NCBI GenBank assembly: GCA_963785305.1
Contig: CAWAUV010000008.1
Coordinates: forward strand, 736,001 to 800,000
Source of the DNA: an uncultured Planctomycetaceae bacterium
GTDB taxonomy: Bacteria; Planctomycetota; Planctomycetia; Pirellulales; PALSA-1355
Length of the DNA stretch: 64,000 nt
Direction of reading: 5' to 3'
In this document: in pieces, positions 52,086 through 63,905 of the stretch
Numbering within the stretch: the stretch's first letter is position 1
How the letters are laid out: each line of letters starts with the position of its first letter
Program-made: the position numbers and the translations under genes
Notes under the pieces: model-generated
What the model was told of the DNA's origin: nothing
The model's input: the letters and a program-made list of their open reading frames with translations, nothing else
The model's database searches: none

Positions 52086-52931
52086 TCAAGCGCCCGTCGC
52101 GGGCAGAGTCGCCGTTTTGCTGAACGCTTCCAACACGATCTCGAGCGCGGGATCGACCTGTTCCTGGAAAATCCAGGCAATCGCGCCGAGCGACACGCCG
52201 AGCATGCCGATCGTAAGCAGCGAATTGAGCGGAAAACCAACCGCCTGCAAGTTCACTTGCGGCAGGGTGCGGGTGACGAAACCGAGCACCAAGTTCGCCA
52301 GCATCAGGGCCGACATCGTGGGCGCCGCCGCGCGAATCGCCATGATGAAGCTCTGGGCAATAAGTGTCGTCACTCCGTGGGCCAGGTCGTCGGGAAAACC
52401 GGCCGCGCCGGGCGGCATCCAGTAAAAGGTGTCGAGCAGCGCCGCGAGCACCTTGCGATGCCCGCCCATGAACACGAACACGGCCAGCATCACATAAAAC
52501 AAAATCTGCCCGAAGACCGGCCCGCTCGTTTCGGACATCGGATCGTAAAGTTCCGAAGCTTGCACACCGCTCACCACGCCCACCAAATGCGCCGCGAGTT
52601 GCACTCCCTCGAACACGATCGTCACCGCCAAACCGAGCGCGACGCCCACCAGCGATTCGGCGCCGATGAAAATCAATGGCGAGAGCGCATCGTCGAACAC
52701 CGGCGCCGGGCGACCCCAGGCGAGCGGCATTGCCAAGAGCGACACCGCCACCGCCAGCAGGGCGCGAGCCTGCATCGGCGCGGCTTGCGTGCCAAAGATC
52801 GGCGCGGTCATCATCAAACCGGTCACGCGCGCGAGCACGAGCACGAACACGAGCAGTTGACCGCTCAGAAATCCGACATTCGGGAGCATGGGGGCGAGCG
52901 AGCCTTTGGGAATATCGAGGGAAAGCATCAA
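52086..52931 (-). CDS. fliR: flagellar export protein FliR (start may be 52889)
   Basis: LARVTGLMMTAPIFG, GGHR, TRTLPQVN..VGFP. Confidence 0.93.
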   Translation of the reverse strand: MMLSLDIPKGSLAPMLPNVGFLSGQLLVFVLVLARVTGLMMTAPIFGTQAAPMQARALLAVAVSLLAMPLAWGRPAPVFDDALSPLIFIGAESLVGVALGLAVTIVFEGVQLAAHLVGVVSGVQASELYDPMSETSGPVFGQILFYVMLAVFVFMGGHRKVLAALLDTFYWMPPGAAGFPDDLAHGVTTLIAQSFIMAIRAAAPTMSALMLANLVLGFVTRTLPQVNLQAVGFPLNSLLTIGMLGVSLGAIAWIFQEQVDPALEIVLEAFSKTATLPATGA

Positions 52932-52974
52932 CCACGGAAGCGCGGAATAATTCGAGGAGCGGGGAAACGGGTGC

Positions 52975-53241
52975 TTATAGGGTTTGGGGAATGTTCACAA
53001 TGAGATCGTGGGAATATTGCACCAATTGGGCGATCAGCCAGGGCAGCGCGAGCGTGAGCACGAGCACCATCGCCACGAGCTTGGGCACGAACGACACGGT
53101 CTGCTCTTGAATCTGCGTGACGGCCTGCATCAGACCGATCAAGAGTCCGACCACCATGCCGGCCACGAGCATCGGCGAGCTCACGATCAGCGCGAAGAGC
53201 AGCGCCTGCCGGCCCAAGTCGATCGCGTCTTGCGGATCCAT
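52975..53241 (-). CDS. fliQ: flagellar export protein FliQ
   Basis: QAVTQIQEQTVSFVPK. Confidence 0.95.
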   Translation of the reverse strand: MDPQDAIDLGRQALLFALIVSSPMLVAGMVVGLLIGLMQAVTQIQEQTVSFVPKLVAMVLVLTLALPWLIAQLVQYSHDLIVNIPQTL

Positions 53242-53268
53242 GCGGTTCGGTCTCGAATGCCGGCACAA

Positions 53269-54099
53269 TCAGGAAAACGGTTGAAAGCTATCGAGCAGCA
53301 TGCCCACGACCAAATGCCAGCCATCGACCAACACGAACAGCAGCAGCTTGAAGGGCAGCGAGATCATCGAGGGCGGCAACATCAAGAGCCCCATCGACAC
53401 CGTGACCACCGCGATCACGATATCGAGCACCACGAACGGAATGTAAATCTGAAAGCCGATCAGAAACGCGGTCTTCAATTCGCTGAGCATAAAGGCGGGT
53501 AACAGCGCCGCCAGCGGCACGTCGTCGTAGCTCGAGGGCGTCGGCGTGTCCTTGGGCAGATACTTGTAGAACAGCCACACATCGGCGCCATTGCCGGTGC
53601 GATCGATCTGCATGCTCATGAACTTTCGCACCGGCCGCACGCCCGCGGTCCAAGCCTCGTCGAGGCTGATCTGCTTCGAGGTATAGGGGGCGATGCCATC
53701 GTCGTATACCTGCTTCCACACCGGCGACATGATCAGCAGCGTGAGAAACAGCGTGATCGAGGTGAGCACCTGGCTCGGCGGCAACTGCTGCGTGCCGATC
53801 GCTTGCTTGAGCAGCCCGAACACGATGATCATGCGCACAAAACAGGTCGTCATCAGCAGCACCGCCGGCGCGAGGCTCAGCACGGTCAGCATCAAGAGCA
53901 CTTGCAAGGCCGATGTCAGACCTTGGGGACTTGTCCAGGCGTCGGGACCTCCGGCAAGTCCGCCGCCGATCGGCAGCGTGGCCGGCAAATTGCCGACCTG
54001 CGCCTGGGCCACGCCACAGGCGCCACACGTTGCCACAAAGGCTAATGCGATCGCACGAAATGCGCGAATGCTTCTTCGTGGCTCGTGGTTCGCGTTCAT
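53269..54099 (-). CDS. fliP: flagellar export protein FliP
   Basis: [39 protein letters not shown]. Confidence 0.95.
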   Translation of the reverse strand: MNANHEPRRSIRAFRAIALAFVATCGACGVAQAQVGNLPATLPIGGGLAGGPDAWTSPQGLTSALQVLLMLTVLSLAPAVLLMTTCFVRMIIVFGLLKQAIGTQQLPPSQVLTSITLFLTLLIMSPVWKQVYDDGIAPYTSKQISLDEAWTAGVRPVRKFMSMQIDRTGNGADVWLFYKYLPKDTPTPSSYDDVPLAALLPAFMLSELKTAFLIGFQIYIPFVVLDIVIAVVTVSMGLLMLPPSMISLPFKLLLFVLVDGWHLVVGMLLDSFQPFS

Positions 54100-54161
54100 C
54101 ACATGGTCCTGCACGTCGATCGGGGGGGCGGGAGTGTTTCGCTCGCGGCGTGGGGAGAGCG

Positions 54162-55373
54162 TTAGTCGTATTGCGAGGCGCCGGCGGCCAAACGCGAGAG
54201 GTCGAGTTCGTCGCGCCGTCCGCGCCGCCGCGGGGCCGATTTGGCGTCGTAGCTGAAATTGCCCAGCAGCGAGCGAAAACTGGCCGACGCGCTTTGTGGT
54301 CGGCCTTGATAACAGAATGCCGGCGAGCCGATCGACTTCGACCGGGTCGGTGATTTCGGTGAGCGTTTCCGCGCTGTTCGGTCCAATCGCCACCAGCAGA
54401 ATCTTGTTGCCCACTCGCACCAAGTGCGCCTGCTGGCGGCCAGCGAGCGGAGCGCGGCCGAGCATTTCCACCGCTTCGCGCGGAAGCGGCTGCGCACTCT
54501 TGGGCATCATCTTCCGCAGCATCCAGGCCGCGAGCAGAAACAGTCCCACGACCACCGCCAGGCTTCCCAGGAGCGTGGCGAACGAGGGAATCCCGAAGCG
54601 CGTCGCGGGACGCTCTCCGCCGGCGGGCGCCACGGCGGGCGGCAGGCTCAAGGGCCGCGCCCGAATTCGCTTTTTCCACGCTCCTGCTTCAAACGCGATT
54701 CGGTGTTCTCCGGCTGCTGGAGTCTCGCGGGCCGATTGAAGTCGCTGGGCAAGCCGGCGCCCACCGCGGCGGCTTGGTTCGCCGACGAATCATCGGCCTC
54801 TTGCGGAGGAGTGGGCGGAGCGCCCACACTCGTCTGACGCGGCTTGGGATACGCCGCCGTGGCCGGGCGACGCGATTCCTCGGGCCACGGTTCGACCGAG
54901 GCTTCGGGCGGCTCGGCGCTCGATGCGGTCGAACGAGGCGAGTTGGCCGGCGCATAGCCAGGGGCGGGCGCATCGCTGTTTGCAATCGGTGTGTTCGAGG
55001 GCGCGGCTGAGGGCGCGGTTGAATACTCCGCGGGGCGATTCGCACCATCGGCGGGAGCGAAATACGCGTCGGATGCGGGAGGGCCGCCGGCGGGCATGGC
55101 TTCGCCATTTGGGCCGCCGGAGTTTGGGCCGCCGGAGTTGGAACCGCCGGGAACGGCCGGCGCGGCATCGTCGAAATTGGCCTGATAGCGGCGGCCGAGA
55201 TCGCTCGGCACGGCGCGCGGACGCGTTCGCACCACCGGATTCGGCGATGCTGGCGAACCCGGATCGGCGGCCGCGAGTAGCGAAGGCACGGCCAAACAGG
55301 TCGCCGCGACAAACGCACTCCACGGCCCACGAGCACCAAATGCACTGCGATGAAAATGATTCACAAGCGGCAT
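54162..55373 (-). CDS. fliO: FliO with long Pro/Ala-rich N-terminal extension (frameshifts ~54655, ~54310)
   Basis: [43 protein letters not shown]. Confidence 0.8.
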
Positions 55374-55460
55374 CCTTGCCTAATGAATTTCGAGTCACCC
55401 CGAGCCCACCCGCTCCGACGGGATGAGCGGACCGAGGAGACGTTATTTTGAATCCATGCT

Positions 55461-56099
55461 CTAAGCCGGGGTTTCCGTGGCGATTAGTTCAGCGACGCGC
55501 ACGGCGAAATTGTCGTTGAGCACCAGTACTTCGCCGCGGGCAATCAGGCGTCCATTGACATAAATATCCACCGGATCGCCGGCCAGTTTATCGAGAGGCA
55601 CCACCGAGCCCTTGCGCAGCTTGAGCACATCTTCGAGGTACATATGCGTGCGGCCGAGCTCGATTTTCAGATTCAGCTCGACATCGCGAATCAGATCGAG
55701 CGTGGCCGCGGTGGTCGAGGCCGGAGCGCCGCTGAACTCGCTGAGCTTGAAGGGCGCGAACGGCGTGGGCTGGATCGGCTGCGTGGGAGCGTGGACGCTG
55801 GCGAGCGCTTCTTCCGCCTGCCGGAGCAAGTACTCCACATCGCCCGGCGCCGCGCCACTATCGACGATGGCCCTCCGAGCAGGATCGACATCGCCGCGCG
55901 CCGGGGCGGCTGACGAGCCCGGCCCGCGCCCCGCCGAGTTGACGAGCGAATCGACTTCGTGCTGCGCGAGAATACCGGGCTCCGAGGGCGCCGCCGTCGC
56001 CGAACGGGCCGCTTGCGCCTGGCGCAGGATCTGTTCGATTTCGTCTTGACCGATCGGCCCTTCGTGGGGAGCGCCGCCCGGACTATTCGTGTCAGTCAT
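55461..56099 (-). CDS. fliN: flagellar motor switch protein FliN
   Basis: DVELNLKIELGR, GSVVPLDKLAGDPVDIYVNG, RGEVLV. Confidence 0.95.
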   Translation of the reverse strand: MTDTNSPGGAPHEGPIGQDEIEQILRQAQAARSATAAPSEPGILAQHEVDSLVNSAGRGPGSSAAPARGDVDPARRAIVDSGAAPGDVEYLLRQAEEALASVHAPTQPIQPTPFAPFKLSEFSGAPASTTAATLDLIRDVELNLKIELGRTHMYLEDVLKLRKGSVVPLDKLAGDPVDIYVNGRLIARGEVLVLNDNFAVRVAELIATETPA

Positions 56100-56171
56100 C
56101 GGGAATCCTTTCCCGGAGTGTCAAGCACGGCGACGGGCGATCGGTCGACATTCCCTCGACCCGCGCGAAGA

Positions 56172-56837
56172 TCACTGCTCGACGAATGAAAAATCGCTAA
56201 ACATCACCGACTGCAAGAGGGCCTTGCCGAGGGTTTTGTTAGTTGTCTCTAAAATGCGCCTTTTAATCAATCCCAACCCGGCGTCGGTCAGGTCCGAGAT
56301 TTCCGCGCTGCGGATAATAACAATCACATTGTCGCGCACCCGAAACTTGGTGTCGCTCAGCCGCTGCTCGAAATCTTCGCCGTGTTTGTGCAAAATCGTT
56401 CCATAAAGGTGAAACGAAATGAACAAGGTGCTGTTCGACACCGGCTGGTAGGCGGTGACGGTGAACTCGCCCAGGTCAACCTCTTCTTGATCGCCATGGT
56501 GAGCGACCGCTTCCTTGGCTTCTTTACCCTCCTTGCCATGGGCGCCGTGGCCGCCGCCGTGGCCGCTATCATGGCTGCCGCCATGGCTCGCGGAGCGCGA
56601 GGAGGCGTGTTCGCTTTCATGTGCGTCGCCGTCCGACGCCGCTTCGGCGCCGGCTTCGGCATTCTCGCCCGCGGCGGCCGGAGCCGGCGCTTTATTGTTG
56701 AGAAACATGTAGGCCACGATCCATTCGGCCAGCACCACGGCGAGAATCGCGCCGCCGATCTTGAGCTTGGCCGATTTGCCACTCGGTTTGGCGGCGTCGG
56801 TGGCGGCGGGGGTCGCGGTCGCTGAAGGCTTACTCAT
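56172..56837 (-). CDS. fliL: flagellar basal body protein FliL
   Basis: Single TM, His-rich linker, VDLGEFTV, RVRDNV, VMFSDF; operon position. Confidence 0.85.
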   Translation of the reverse strand: MSKPSATATPAATDAAKPSGKSAKLKIGGAILAVVLAEWIVAYMFLNNKAPAPAAAGENAEAGAEAASDGDAHESEHASSRSASHGGSHDSGHGGGHGAHGKEGKEAKEAVAHHGDQEEVDLGEFTVTAYQPVSNSTLFISFHLYGTILHKHGEDFEQRLSDTKFRVRDNVIVIIRSAEISDLTDAGLGLIKRRILETTNKTLGKALLQSVMFSDFSFVEQ

Positions 56838-56995
56838 GGGTGCATTCTCTCGGTGGCAAGGTTCAGGTGTGTGTCCACGCGTGCGAAATCAAAGAGCCGT
56901 GCGTCAAAAGTCGGTTGTCGTTGTCGCCGTCAATTCCGTCGTCGTCAATTCCGTCGTCGTCAGTCTCGTCGCTGTCGCTCGTCTTCGAGCGTTCG

Positions 56996-57811
56996 TCAGG
57001 GTTCGGTCGGAGTTTCTGGTTCGCTTTCCCTTGGTTCACGCCCCTTCCCCGGCTTGAACAGGCCCGGAAAGGCTTCCAACGCGCGGGCATGGGTCGGTTC
57101 AGGCACTTCGTCGAGCATGTACACTTCCACCCGCGAATTCTGGCTGCGAGCCAGGGGATCGGCGCGCGTCCCGATCGGTTCATATTCGCCGGCCAAGGTC
57201 AGCCGCAGCCGGCGCGGCTCGATGCCCGCGGCCACGAGCTGCTCCATTACATGGCGGCAGCGGGCATAGGCCAGGTCCCAGTTGTCGCGATAAGGCGAGC
57301 CCTTGGGAATCGGCCGCCGCGAGGTATGGCCGCGAATCTCGATTTTTTGAGGTTTGCCGGCGATTTCCTCCTCGGCCTGTTTCAGTTGCTTAATGTGCTC
57401 GCTCGTTAGTTCGCTCGAGCCGTCAGGAAAGAATAGCACGGCCCCGACGACCGAATGCTGGCCGGGATGCACCGAATGCACGCGGGGAAAGTCGCCCAGC
57501 GTGGCGCGTTGGTCGGCGCCGCCCGATTTCTTGTTGCTCACCTTGGCCCCGCCGGCGCTCGCGAGCTTGCCCATCGCCGAATCCTTGGGCACAAAGGGCC
57601 CGGGCCCGAGCGAGGCAAGGGTTTCGCTCCACAGGGGACCGAAGCGTTCGCGCAAGGAGCGCATCACGGCGTCTTCCTTGGTTTTGTCCTTGGGCTCCCC
57701 GGCCATCGAATACATCACCACGAAAAACGCCATCAGAATCGTGATCATGTCGGCATACGACATGACCCATTCGGCGATGCCTTCCTCGCATTCGGGACAA
57801 GAGCCGGACAT
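56996..57811 (-). CDS. motB: flagellar stator protein MotB
   Basis: WVMSYADMITILMAFFV; OmpA-like IEIRGHT..NWDLAYAR..NSRVEV. Confidence 0.93.
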   Translation of the reverse strand: MSGSCPECEEGIAEWVMSYADMITILMAFFVVMYSMAGEPKDKTKEDAVMRSLRERFGPLWSETLASLGPGPFVPKDSAMGKLASAGGAKVSNKKSGGADQRATLGDFPRVHSVHPGQHSVVGAVLFFPDGSSELTSEHIKQLKQAEEEIAGKPQKIEIRGHTSRRPIPKGSPYRDNWDLAYARCRHVMEQLVAAGIEPRRLRLTLAGEYEPIGTRADPLARSQNSRVEVYMLDEVPEPTHARALEAFPGLFKPGKGREPRESEPETPTEP

Positions 57812-57819
57812 CGTGGGTA

Positions 57820-58614
57820 TTAGGCCGCCCTTTCCCGCGGTTCGCCGCGAAGCTTGGGCGGCAAAAAGGTATTGAGTTTTTGTTCGATCACCCGGGGGTT
57901 CTCACCGGCTTGAATCCCAAGAATGCCTTTCAAAATGATCTGTTTGCCGAGCAGCTCGCGCCGGCTGTAGTAGCCGAGCTTTTCCGCGCAAGGCGTGCAT
58001 ACGATGTTGGCGATCGCGGCGCCGTAGAGCGTGCCCACGAGGGCCATCGCCATGGTCGGCCCGATCGATTCCGGATCATCCAGGCTGCCGAGCATCAGAA
58101 TCAGGCCAAGCAGGGTGGCGATCATGCCAAACGCCGGTCCGCAACGCCCCATGAGCTCGAACATTTTCTTGCCGGTGTGATGCCGCGCCTCCTCGGCTTG
58201 CATCTCAGTGCGAAAAATTTCCTCGATCACCTCGGGCCGCGTGCCATCGACCGCCATTTGCACTCCGAGCACGATACTGTGATTGTCGATCTCGCGCACT
58301 CGGCTTTCGAGCGCCAAGAGGCCGTCTTTGCGGGCCACCTCGGCCAGTCCCACGATCTGATTGATGAGGGCCGAGAGATCCTCGCTCGGGCTGAGCAGTA
58401 GTTTGAGCATGATCTTCGGCAAGCTGAGAAATTGCTTGAGCGGCACCGAGGTCAGCACCACGCAGAGCCCGCCGCCAAAGACCATGATCGCCGCGGGCGG
58501 ATCGATGAACTGCGCGAGCGACACGCCCGCGCCGCCGTGGCTGCCCGCCAAGAGCAAGGCCACGATCATGAGAACGAACCCGCCCAAGATTCCCGCCACC
58601 GTCGCGATGTCCAT
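57820..58614 (-). CDS. motA: flagellar stator protein MotA
   Basis: ARKDGLLALE, PAFGMIATLLGLI, ALVGTLYG, IQAGENPR. Confidence 0.95.
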   Translation of the reverse strand: MDIATVAGILGGFVLMIVALLLAGSHGGAGVSLAQFIDPPAAIMVFGGGLCVVLTSVPLKQFLSLPKIMLKLLLSPSEDLSALINQIVGLAEVARKDGLLALESRVREIDNHSIVLGVQMAVDGTRPEVIEEIFRTEMQAEEARHHTGKKMFELMGRCGPAFGMIATLLGLILMLGSLDDPESIGPTMAMALVGTLYGAAIANIVCTPCAEKLGYYSRRELLGKQIILKGILGIQAGENPRVIEQKLNTFLPPKLRGEPRERAA

Positions 58615-58663
58615 CGCTTACTTCCTCGCCGAAGCGCCGTTGCGCGGCGCGCTCTGATTCGAA

Positions 58664-58888
58664 CTATTCCCCATTCCGCCGGTCGGTCGGGGAGACCATC
58701 GGCGGAAACAACATTTTCGACCGCTGATACTCGATCGCCCGCCCAACGACTTCATCCATCGACTCGAGCACCACGAGGCGTTCGCCGCCGAGGAGCGTGA
58801 TGAATGTGTCGGGCCGCGATTCGATATAGCGGATCAGCTCGGCGTTGAGCACGAATGCTTCGCCACCGAGCCGTGTCAGCTTAATCAT
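58664..58888 (-). CDS. flbD: flagellar protein FlbD (SwrD family)
   Basis: MIKLTRLGGEAFVLNAELIRYIESRPDTFITL. Confidence 0.92.
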   Translation of the reverse strand: MIKLTRLGGEAFVLNAELIRYIESRPDTFITLLGGERLVVLESMDEVVGRAIEYQRSKMLFPPMVSPTDRRNGE

Positions 58889-59684
58889 AAGGCTGTTTCC
58901 AACTCGCGCGCGGAGAGCCTGAGTTGCCTCTCGGGCCGGGCGCTCGCGGCGCTCTTCGAAACAATAGGACGTAACTTGGGCGCGCGGTCGGCGCCGCATG
59001 ATCCAGCCAAGCCGATTTTCGCGATGGAACCGATTCGCGCGGCTAGCTCGCGCCGCCGGCCCCGGCGAGTGGGCAGCTCTGGAGGCGGCGGGCGCCGATT
59101 GTAGGGGCTCGGCCTCGCGGTGTCATGGGCAGTTCCGCTAGCATTTGCGGAAGAGCCAGAGGGCCAGAGGGTCGCTTGCCGCCGGGGGGGTCGCGCCAGC
59201 TTTCGCGGGCTGCGGTAAGAGCGGTAAGATGCGTCGAACGTCGACAGGAGAATTGACCGTTTGTTGGGTAAGCCGCCGCTTCTGGGGCGGGCTGAAGCGA
59301 GAATTAGTTTCAAAGGAACCCCAGGCATGGACGCCGCGCCGCGAAAACCGGAAGAGAAAAAATTGAAACTTTTGGAACGACTGGCGGAGATCGAGTCGAG
59401 GAGCAGCGGGCTACGACGGGACGCCGAGCTCCGCGAATCGCGGGCGTTGGATCAATCGTTTAGCCCACTCGAACTGTCGCTCGTTTGCCGCCCAACCGCC
59501 CCAGCGGTTGGCAAAATTTCCCGTCGGTGGCCTTTCGCCGCTCGATTCGCTCCCCTATAATGGTCGATTCAGTTTTGGTCGCACCCCCAATTTTGTTCGC
59601 CTGGGCTTGTCGTCGTTGGATCGCGCGCCGCTTGCAGTGCAAGCGATGCGTGCCTGGCGTGGCCCGGCGGTGAGATGTACCCAT

Positions 59685-59888
59685 ATGCCCAAGCAGAAGA
59701 CCCACAAGGGGATCAAGAAGCGGTTCCGCGCGACCGCTTCCGGCAAAGTGAAGCATCGTCGATCGGGCACGAGCCACTTGGCCAGCCACAAGACGCACAA
59801 AATGAAGCGCAACCGCCGTGGCACCAAGGTGTTGCACGAAGAGTTCACGACTCAAATCATCACGATGCTCGCCGGCCACAGCTATTGA
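59685..59888 (+). CDS. rpmI: 50S ribosomal protein L35
   Basis: MPKQKTHKGIKKRFRATASGKV. Confidence 0.96.
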   Translation: MPKQKTHKGIKKRFRATASGKVKHRRSGTSHLASHKTHKMKRNRRGTKVLHEEFTTQIITMLAGHSY

Positions 59889-60102
59889 AAAGCCGGCTGC
59901 CCCCCGGCCCTAGGGGGAGCACACGAAAAATAGTTTCCAGCTTCGTTCGGCCCTCGCCAAGCCCTCTCCCGTGTGGGGGAGAGCGACAACGGATGGACCG
60001 ATGGGCTGTTCATAACAACCGACGCATGCGGGCTGGAGAACGCCCGGTTCAATCGCGAACCGGGGGCCTTGACTTGCGAAACACTGCGAAAGGTGAGCTT
60101 CC

Positions 60103-60460
60103 ATGCGCACTGTAAAAGGCGCCGCGCGAAACAAGGCCAAGCGGCGACTGTTCAAAAAGGTCAAAGGCTACGTCGGCGGACGTAACCATCTCGTTCCGCA
60201 CCGCCAAGGAAACACTGATTCGCGCCGGTGTTTACGCCTTCCGCGACCGGCGGGTGCGCAAGCGCGAATTCCGCGAATTGTGGATCATTCGCATCAACGC
60301 CGCGGCCCGCGAGCAGGGGCTGCGCTACAGCGAATTCATCCACGGCCTGCACAAAGCCGGCATCGAGCTCGACCGCAAGAGCTTGTCGGAAATGGCCGTG
60401 CATGATCCCGAGGGATTTGCCGCGGTGGTCGCGCGGGTCAAAGAAGCGTTGGCCGCCTGA
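60103..60460 (+). CDS. rplT: 50S ribosomal protein L20 (frameshift ~60190)
   Basis: KGYVGGR..; [33 protein letters not shown]. Confidence 0.94.
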
Positions 60461-60471
60461 GGCTCCCTGCC

Positions 60472-61563
60472 ATGGCGCTTGCCGATTTTCTCGTCGAGCT
60501 CGACCGCTTGGTTGCGGCGGCCCAGACCGATTTTGACACGGCGGTCGACGCCGAAGGCCTCGAAACCGCGCGCGTCAAGTTCCTCGGCGCCAAGGCCGGC
60601 GTGCTCAAGTCCGTGCAAAAGGGCCTCGGCGCCTTGGCCAGCCACGAAAAGCCGGCCGGCGGCAAGCGGTTCAACGAGATCAAAACCCATATCGAAGCCG
60701 CCTTCGAATCGGCCAAGTCGCGATTGCATGGCGCCGGCAGCGCCGCCGGAGCCAAGCCAGCGACCGCCTTCGACCGCACTTTGCCCGGCCGCCCCTTGCG
60801 CATCGGTCGGTTGCATCCGCTCACGCAAACGATCGAAGAGCTGAAAGACATCATGGCCCGGCTCGGGTTCTCCGTGGCCACGGGCCCCGAGATCGAGGAC
60901 GAATGGCATAATTTCGAGGCGCTGAACATTCCGGCGGCGCATCCGGCCCGCGACCCGCTCGAAAATTTTTATCTAGCGACAGCTCGCGCGTCCGCCGACC
61001 CGATCGCCAGTGCGGCAGGCGTCGCGAGCAATCACCCCGCCGCGCCGCTGCTGCTCCGCAGTCAGACCAGCACCGTGCAGATTCGCGTGATGGAAGCGCG
61101 GCGTCCGCCGGTGCGGATCGTGTCGCTCGGGCGCGTGTATCGGCCCGACACGGCCGACGCCACGCATTATCCGATGTTCCATCAGATCGAGGGCCTGCTG
61201 GTCGACGAGCAGGTGACGATGGCCGATCTCAAGAGCGTGCTGCGGCTGTTTGCGAGCAGCTTTTTGGGCAGCGATGTGCATATTCGCTTTCGGCCATCGT
61301 TCTTCCCGTTTACCGAGCCGAGTGTCGAGGTGGACATGAGCTGGCCCGACCCCGCGGCGCCCGACGGCATCCGCTGGGTGGAAATGGGCGGCGCCGGCAT
61401 GGTCGATCCCAACGTGCTTCGCGCCGTGGGCTACGATCCCGAGCGCGTGACCGGCTTCGCCTTTGGCCTGGGAGTCGAGCGCGTGTGTGCCCGGCGGCAT
61501 GCCGTGCATGATATTCGCGACTTCTATAAAAACGACGTTCGCTTTCTCGCGCAGTTCGTCTGA
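60472..61563 (+). CDS. pheS: phenylalanine-tRNA ligase alpha subunit
   Basis: [49 protein letters not shown]. Confidence 0.97.
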   Translation: MALADFLVELDRLVAAAQTDFDTAVDAEGLETARVKFLGAKAGVLKSVQKGLGALASHEKPAGGKRFNEIKTHIEAAFESAKSRLHGAGSAAGAKPATAFDRTLPGRPLRIGRLHPLTQTIEELKDIMARLGFSVATGPEIEDEWHNFEALNIPAAHPARDPLENFYLATARASADPIASAAGVASNHPAAPLLLRSQTSTVQIRVMEARRPPVRIVSLGRVYRPDTADATHYPMFHQIEGLLVDEQVTMADLKSVLRLFASSFLGSDVHIRFRPSFFPFTEPSVEVDMSWPDPAAPDGIRWVEMGGAGMVDPNVLRAVGYDPERVTGFAFGLGVERVCARRHAVHDIRDFYKNDVRFLAQFV

Positions 61564-61603
61564 CGCGCCGATCCCCATTCCCGCGGCTCGAAGAAATCGT
61601 CTC

Positions 61604-63670
61604 ATGCTCGTCTCGTGGAACTGGCTCAAGCAGTATGTGACGCTCGACATGCCCCGGGAGCAATTGACCGAGCGGCTGATGATGGCCGGCTTGAATCACG
61701 AGGCCACGACTCCGCTGGGCGACGATTGGCGAATCGATCTCGAGGTGACCAGCAACCGACCCGATTGCCTGGGACACCTGGGCATTGCCCGCGAGGTGGC
61801 CGTGCTCTGGCAAAGCGAGCTGCGCCCGCCGGCGGCCGACCCCGCGGCCAAGGGGCCGAATGTCGCGACGCTCGCGTCGGTGAGCGTCGAATCGCCGGAG
61901 CTTTGCCCGCGATACACGGCCCGCGTGATTCGCAATGTGAAGGTTGGCCCCAGCCCGGCTTGGCTCGTGGCCCGCTTGGCCACGATCGGCATCGCCCCGG
62001 TCAACAACGTGGTCGACATCACGAACTATGTGCTCATGGAAAACGGTCAGCCGCTGCATGCCTTCGACCTCGCGCGGCTCGCGGGACGGAAGATCATCGT
62101 CCGCCGCGCGCGGGCGGGCGAAACCCTCCTGGCGATCAACCACAAACAATATCCGCTCGACGACTCGATGTGCGTGATCGCCGACGCCGAGCGACCGATC
62201 GGGTTGGCGGGCGTCATGGGCGGGGCCGACAGCGAAGTCACCACCGCCACCCGCGATCTGCTGCTCGAAAGCGCGATCTTCAGCTCGATGTCGATCCGAT
62301 CGACGGCTCGAAAACTGAATTTGCATAGCGACGCTTCCTATCGCTTCGAGCGGGCGCTCGATCCGGAGGGCGTCGATTGGGCGAGCCGCCGTTGCGCGGA
62401 ACTGATTTTGGACCTGGCAGGTGGAGAATTGGCCGATGGCCTTGTCGATGTGGCGACGCCAGCCAAGCAACGCCCGCCGATCACGCTGCGCTATAGCCAG
62501 CTTCGTCGGGTGCTGGGCATCGATGTGCCGGCGGCCGAAGCGCGGCGGATCGTGCTCGCGCTCGGCTGCCGCCAAGTCCCGGAGCGGGAAGTCCCCGGGA
62601 AAAATGATTCCACGACGCTCACCGTGGCGGCGCCGAGTTGGCGAGCCGACCTCGAGCGCGAAATCGATCTGGTCGAGGAGGTGGCCCGGATTCATGGCTA
62701 TGACAAGATTCCGGAAAACGTGCGCGTGCCGATGGGCGCCAGCCACCGCGCGGCCGAGGATCGCGTGGTGGCCAAGGCGCGGCATGTGCTCTCGGCGGCT
62801 GGCTTCGATGAAGCGATGACGCTGAGCGCGGTCGAGGAGCCGTGGACGCGCGGCATTCTGTCCCTGGACCAGCGAGCCGGCCTTGCGATCGAACATGCCG
62901 GTGCTCCGCCGGGCCGATCGACTGCGGGTGAGCCTCGTGCCCAGCCTGCTCGCCGCGCGGCAAATCAACGAATCGCTGGCCAATGAAGTGATCGAGCTAT
63001 TCGAGATCGCCAAGGTGTATCTGCCAAGCGAGCCGCCGCGAATTCTGCCGCGCGAGGAAGTGATGATCTCGTTTGCCAGTGGGACGGATTATCTGGCGGC
63101 CAAGGGCGTGGTCGAGGCGCTGGTGGCGGTGATCGCCCCGCATGCCACGCTTACCGTGGCGCCGATTCCCGCGGCCGCGGCCACGCTGCTCGACCTCGAA
63201 CGCTCCTGCGAGCTCCGGCTCGCATCCGCCACGCTCGCGAGTCAAACACTCGGCTACATCGGCGAGACTCCCCCGGCGGTGCGCAAGCAGTTCGACCTCC
63301 GTTCGCCGACCACGATCGCCGAGATTCGCTTGGCGCCGCTCTTGGCCGCCGCCGAGCTTGTTCCGCAAGCGGTTCCGCTGGCAACGCTGCCGGCCCTGAC
63401 GCGAGACCTGAATTTGGTGGTCGATGAATCGGTCGCCTGGGCCGATATCGAAGCCACGGTGCGCGCCGCGGCCACGCATCTTGAACGGCTCGAGTTCAAG
63501 GACGTGTATCGCGATCCACAACGGCTTGGCGCCGGCAAGAAGAGCCTGCTGCTCACGATCATGCTCCGCGGCCCCCAAGCAACGCTCACCAGCGAGGAAG
63601 CCGACGCGGTGCGCTCCGCGATCGTCGCCGCCTGCGCCAACAACCACGGCGCCACGTTCGCGCGAGCTGA
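61604..63670 (+). CDS. pheT: phenylalanine-tRNA ligase beta subunit, short form lacking the B2 OB domain (frameshifts ~62860, ~63655)
   Basis: MLVSWNWLKQY, EVTSNRPDCL, NNVVDITNY, DASYRFER, DLVEEVARIHGY, RDLNLVV. Confidence 0.94.
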
Positions 63671-63734
63671 ACCGGCGAGTCCGTTCGCGATGCGCTCGCC
63701 AATAGACCAGGCAATCGCTCAAAAGCAAGCACGA

Positions 63735-63905
63735 AAACACAAGCCTGAAGCGCGAGCGAAGGAATGTCGCGGAAACACAAGCCTGAAGCGCGAGCGAAGG
63801 AATGTCGCGGAAACACAAGCCTGAAGCGCGAGCGAAGGAATGTCGCGGAAACACAAGCCTGAAGCGCGAGCGAAGGAGTTCTTTCGCTCGCGCTTCAGGC
63901 TTGTG
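63735..63905. repeat. tandem array of a 38-bp REP-like unit (3 full + 1 partial) closed by an inverted copy
   Basis: AAACACAAGCCTGAAGCGCGAGCGAAGGAATGTCGCGG at 63735, 63773, 63811 and partial at 63849; inverted TTCGCTCGCGCTTCAGGCTTGTG at 63883-63905. Confidence 0.93.

Noticed and set aside
56914..56995. GTC-rich 15-bp tandem repeat or acidic MotB tail
   Set aside because: Short low-complexity duplication; cannot tell whether it is coding without polishing
61604..61760. Missing OB domain in PheT, and no infC before rpmI
   Set aside because: Consistent with lineage-level variation as I recall it for Planctomycetes; not novel
60103..63670. rplT and pheT as true pseudogenes or programmed frameshifts
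   Set aside because: Essential genes and a window-wide indel pattern point to sequencing error
63735..63877. CRISPR array
   Set aside because: Units are contiguous and identical with no unique spacers, and no cas genes are present
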